Positions 61,363-64,000 of a stretch of 64,000 nt of DNA are shown here, in pieces. The translations under genes and the position numbers were made by a program. The notes below the pieces were generated by a model. It had not been told where the DNA came from. It saw only the letters and a program-made list of their open reading frames with translations, and did not search any database. Position 1 is the first letter of the stretch, and each line of letters begins with the position of its first letter. The stretch comes from Promethearchaeota archaeon (GTDB lineage Archaea; Asgardarchaeota; Lokiarchaeia; Sigyniarchaeales; SOKP01): assembly GCA_019057795.1 (NCBI GenBank), contig JAHLWS010000046.1, positions 1 to 64,000 of the forward strand. Direction: 5' to 3'.

Positions 61363-63441
61363 TCATTTTATCATTTTTTTAGGTAATATAAAGGTGAATG
61401 TAGTACCTTCTCCCAATTTGCTAGTAAAAGAGATATTTCCACCGTGCAATTCAATAAATCTTTTAGATAATGAGAGTCCTAAACCTGTACCTTCGACCGA
61501 ATAAACATAATCACTTTTAACCCTTTTAAATTCCTTAAAAATTAAATCAAAATCTTCTTCTGCTATCCCAATACCTGTATCAATTATGTTAAACTCCAAA
61601 TGATCTTCGCGTTCCGCAATTTCGAGCCTAAATCCCCCCTTTTTAGTAAATTTTATAGCATTGTTTAATAGATTATAAAGGATTTCCTTAAATCTTATGG
61701 GATCGGCTTGTATAAATTTCTCTTCGTCTAACCCTATTACCTCAAATTTCAACTTTTTTTCTTCATACATTGGTTTAAGCGTGCTAATAATTTGATTTGC
61801 TATTTTATTTAACGAAAATTCCTCAATATTTAATTCAATTTTTCCCGCTTCTATTTTTGATATATCTAAAACCTCATTTATCAAATCTAATAAATGGAAC
61901 GCCGAAGACCTTATGTTATTAAGATAATGGTCTTGTTTTTCATTTATTTCACCGTAAAAACCTTCTAATAATATATCAGTGAAACCTATAACGCTATTTA
62001 ACGGCGTCCTTAATTCATGAGACATAGAAGCCAAAAATTTCGATTTAAATTGGGATGCCTTCAAGAGTTGTTCTTGGTATAACTTTTGCTGTTCTAGTGA
62101 TTCATTCAATTCTTTAGTTCTTTTTTTTACTTTATTCTCTAATTTTTCAGCGAATCTTTCTCTTAGAATCTCTGACTTTTTTCTTTCAGTAATATCCCGA
62201 GCAAGTCCACGAAAACCGATCTTCTTGCCTGTAGAATCGTATTTTAGATAAATGTTACTATCAAGGACAATTCTTTTTCCATATTTATTTTTAATTTCAA
62301 ATTCAGCAGAGCGATATATATTATTTGTTTTAAAAACCGTGTTGAAAACATTAAAAATTATTTTTGCACTCTCTTTATTCATAATGTTTCTATAATTCAT
62401 TCCTGACAATTCACTTTTCGAATATCCTAGAATTTCTCCAATCATATCATTAAAAAAAATAAAATTTCCCTTGAGATCTACTTCAAAATACAAATCTTTA
62501 ATATTTTCAAGAATTTCTCGATATTTTTCTTCTGATTCTCTTAATTTTTGGTCCATTTTCATATGTTCTGTAATATCAGCTGCGATACCGTCTATTCTCT
62601 CGAGATTTCCTTCCGAATCAAGAGTGGGAGTTCCAAAAACACGAATCCATCGAATACCACCGTCCTTTCTGGTGATTCGATATTCAACCGAAAATGATTC
62701 CCCTTTAAAAAGGTTTTTATACGCCTCCTCATAGATAGCCTTATCTTCTGAGAGAATAATTTTATTCCATAGCTGTGGAGTATTATTAAACTCTTCTACG
62801 GTATAGCCAAATAAATCCACACAATTCTGACTGACATAATTCCTAAATCTTTTAATATCAGTAGAGAAGATTACATCTGGTACTTTATTTATAATCGTTT
62901 CAATAAATGCTTTGGATGATCTTAACTTCTCCTCCACTTTCTTGCGCTTAATGATTTCTTTTTCAAGGGCCAACATTTTTTGTTCCAGCTTATTGACCAG
63001 TCGTTCGCTATAAAGTTTAAATAACTCTTTTTCTTCTTTAATAATATCTTTCTTGGGTTTAACTTGGCTTATCTCCATGTTTTGAAGCAAATTTTTAATA
63101 ATCTTAATAAATTTTTCTGGTTCCATAGGTTTTCTTATGAATTTATTCGCTCCCAACTTTAAAGCAAGTTCTTCATCTTCTTTTTCTACATAAGTGGCAG
63201 TGTAAAAAATAAACAAGATATCATTAAATTCTTTATTACTTCTTACAGCCTGGCAAAGTTGATAGCCATCCATTACTGGCATTAAGATATCTGATATAAT
63301 CATTTTAAAATTATCGCTATGGAACTTTTCAAGAGCTTGTTTACCATTTTCTGCCATTACCACCTCGTGCCCAATTTTCTTTAGCATTCGTTCTAATAGA
63401 TAGAGATTTTCTTTCTTATCATCAACAATAAGGACTTTCAT
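61363..63441 (-). CDS. Hybrid histidine kinase (REC-PAS-PAS-HisKA-HATPase)
   Basis: N-terminal receiver, two PAS/PAC domains (DITE), SHELRTPLN, NLLNNAIKFT, DTGIG, GTGLGL. Confidence 0.95.
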   Translation of the reverse strand: MKVLIVDDKKENLYLLERMLKKIGHEVVMAENGKQALEKFHSDNFKMIISDILMPVMDGYQLCQAVRSNKEFNDILFIFYTATYVEKEDEELALKLGANKFIRKPMEPEKFIKIIKNLLQNMEISQVKPKKDIIKEEKELFKLYSERLVNKLEQKMLALEKEIIKRKKVEEKLRSSKAFIETIINKVPDVIFSTDIKRFRNYVSQNCVDLFGYTVEEFNNTPQLWNKIILSEDKAIYEEAYKNLFKGESFSVEYRITRKDGGIRWIRVFGTPTLDSEGNLERIDGIAADITEHMKMDQKLRESEEKYREILENIKDLYFEVDLKGNFIFFNDMIGEILGYSKSELSGMNYRNIMNKESAKIIFNVFNTVFKTNNIYRSAEFEIKNKYGKRIVLDSNIYLKYDSTGKKIGFRGLARDITERKKSEILRERFAEKLENKVKKRTKELNESLEQQKLYQEQLLKASQFKSKFLASMSHELRTPLNSVIGFTDILLEGFYGEINEKQDHYLNNIRSSAFHLLDLINEVLDISKIEAGKIELNIEEFSLNKIANQIISTLKPMYEEKKLKFEVIGLDEEKFIQADPIRFKEILYNLLNNAIKFTKKGGFRLEIAEREDHLEFNIIDTGIGIAEEDFDLIFKEFKRVKSDYVYSVEGTGLGLSLSKRFIELHGGNISFTSKLGEGTTFTFILPKKMIK

Positions 63442-63463
63442 TTTCTTTTACCTCACATCTTTT

Positions 63464-63823
63464 TTATATATATTTGTTAAGTTCTTCAATAAAGGATTCT
63501 GGTTCAATAGGTTTCTCTATGTATGCAGTGCAAACAGCAGCTAAAATTTTTTCTCTGTCACCAACCATAGCATACGAGGTTATAGCAATTATAGGAATGT
63601 CTTTCGTTTCTTCTATTGCTCGAATTTGTTTTGTTGCTTCATATCCATCCAACCCAGGTAGTTGTATATCCATTAATATAAGATCCGGTCTTTCTGCTAT
63701 GGCAAGTTCCACACCGGTATAACCATCTTGCGCTTCAATGACTTGATGTCCTAATTTTTGAAGAATAGTGCGCATTAAATAAAGATTTATTTCGTTATCT
63801 TCTATAACAAGTACTCTTTTCAT
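63464..63823 (-). CDS. Single-domain response regulator (DivK-like)
   Basis: VIEDN, LMDIQLPGLDG, ITSYAM, EKP. Confidence 0.93.
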   Translation of the reverse strand: MKRVLVIEDNEINLYLMRTILQKLGHQVIEAQDGYTGVELAIAERPDLILMDIQLPGLDGYEATKQIRAIEETKDIPIIAITSYAMVGDREKILAAVCTAYIEKPIEPESFIEELNKYI

Positions 63824-63824
63824 A

Positions 63825-64000
63825 TTAAACTTCCTCTTTAAACTTAATTGGAATAATTAATTTAAATTCACTTCCCTTGCCAAATTGGCTTTTTACTGAA
63901 ATATCTCCATGCAGTAAATCAATTATTTTTTTACAGAGATAAAGTCCCAGACCTGTGCCTTCATAGCTCTTTGTTGAAGACATGTCAATTTGTTGAAATG
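63825..64000 (-). CDS. Histidine kinase C-terminus (partial, extends beyond window)
   Basis: Manual translation FQQIDMSSTKSYEGTGLGLYLCKKIIDLLHGDISVKSQFGKGSEFKLIIPIKFKEEV*. Confidence 0.9.
   Translation of the reverse strand, partial: FQQIDMSSTKSYEGTGLGLYLCKKIIDLLHGDISVKSQFGKGSEFKLIIPIKFKEEV

Noticed and set aside
1241-63722. Numerous 60-130 aa antisense or overlapping ORFs in the track (e.g. 1241-1531, 4921-5208, 15668-16024, 29381-29776, 57398-57649)
   Set aside because: They lie opposite or within well-supported genes and have shadow-ORF composition.
1-64000. CRISPR arrays, tRNA/rRNA genes, IS transposases
   Set aside because: No regularly spaced repeats, cloverleaf or rRNA-like GC-rich segments, or transposase motifs were seen by eye; tRNAscan-SE and Infernal were not run.

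Overview
AT-rich archaeal chromosome segment. Gene content points to an Asgard archaeon of the Lokiarchaeia type (inference): a gelsolin-like protein, a tandem roadblock protein, Rab-, Arf- and Rag-like small GTPases, HdrA-MvhD and HdrBC, and a DUF39 homocysteine synthase. About 60 protein-coding genes; no rRNA, tRNA, CRISPR array or transposase was recognised. The strongest unexplained signal is a ChlI/ChlD-like AAA+/VWA chelatase gene (53004-55246, minus strand). It is interrupted inside its conserved SMNPEEGELRPQ motif by a 32-nt hairpin insert (54644-54675). The exon/intron junctions fold into an archaeal bulge-helix-bulge-like motif whose canonical cut sites restore the motif and the reading frame exactly, so this is a candidate tRNA-endonuclease-type intron in an mRNA. 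Directly upstream lies a tandem HNH-like/wHTH gene. Other points: a bacterial-type two-component cluster running into three eukaryote-like GTPases (two Rag-like, one degenerate Arf-like), a domain-1-less pelota/eRF1 paralog behind a VapBC pair, two genes with probable non-canonical start codons, a DMT/peptidase chimeric remnant, a SIR2-TPR protein and two unannotated zinc-ribbon microproteins.
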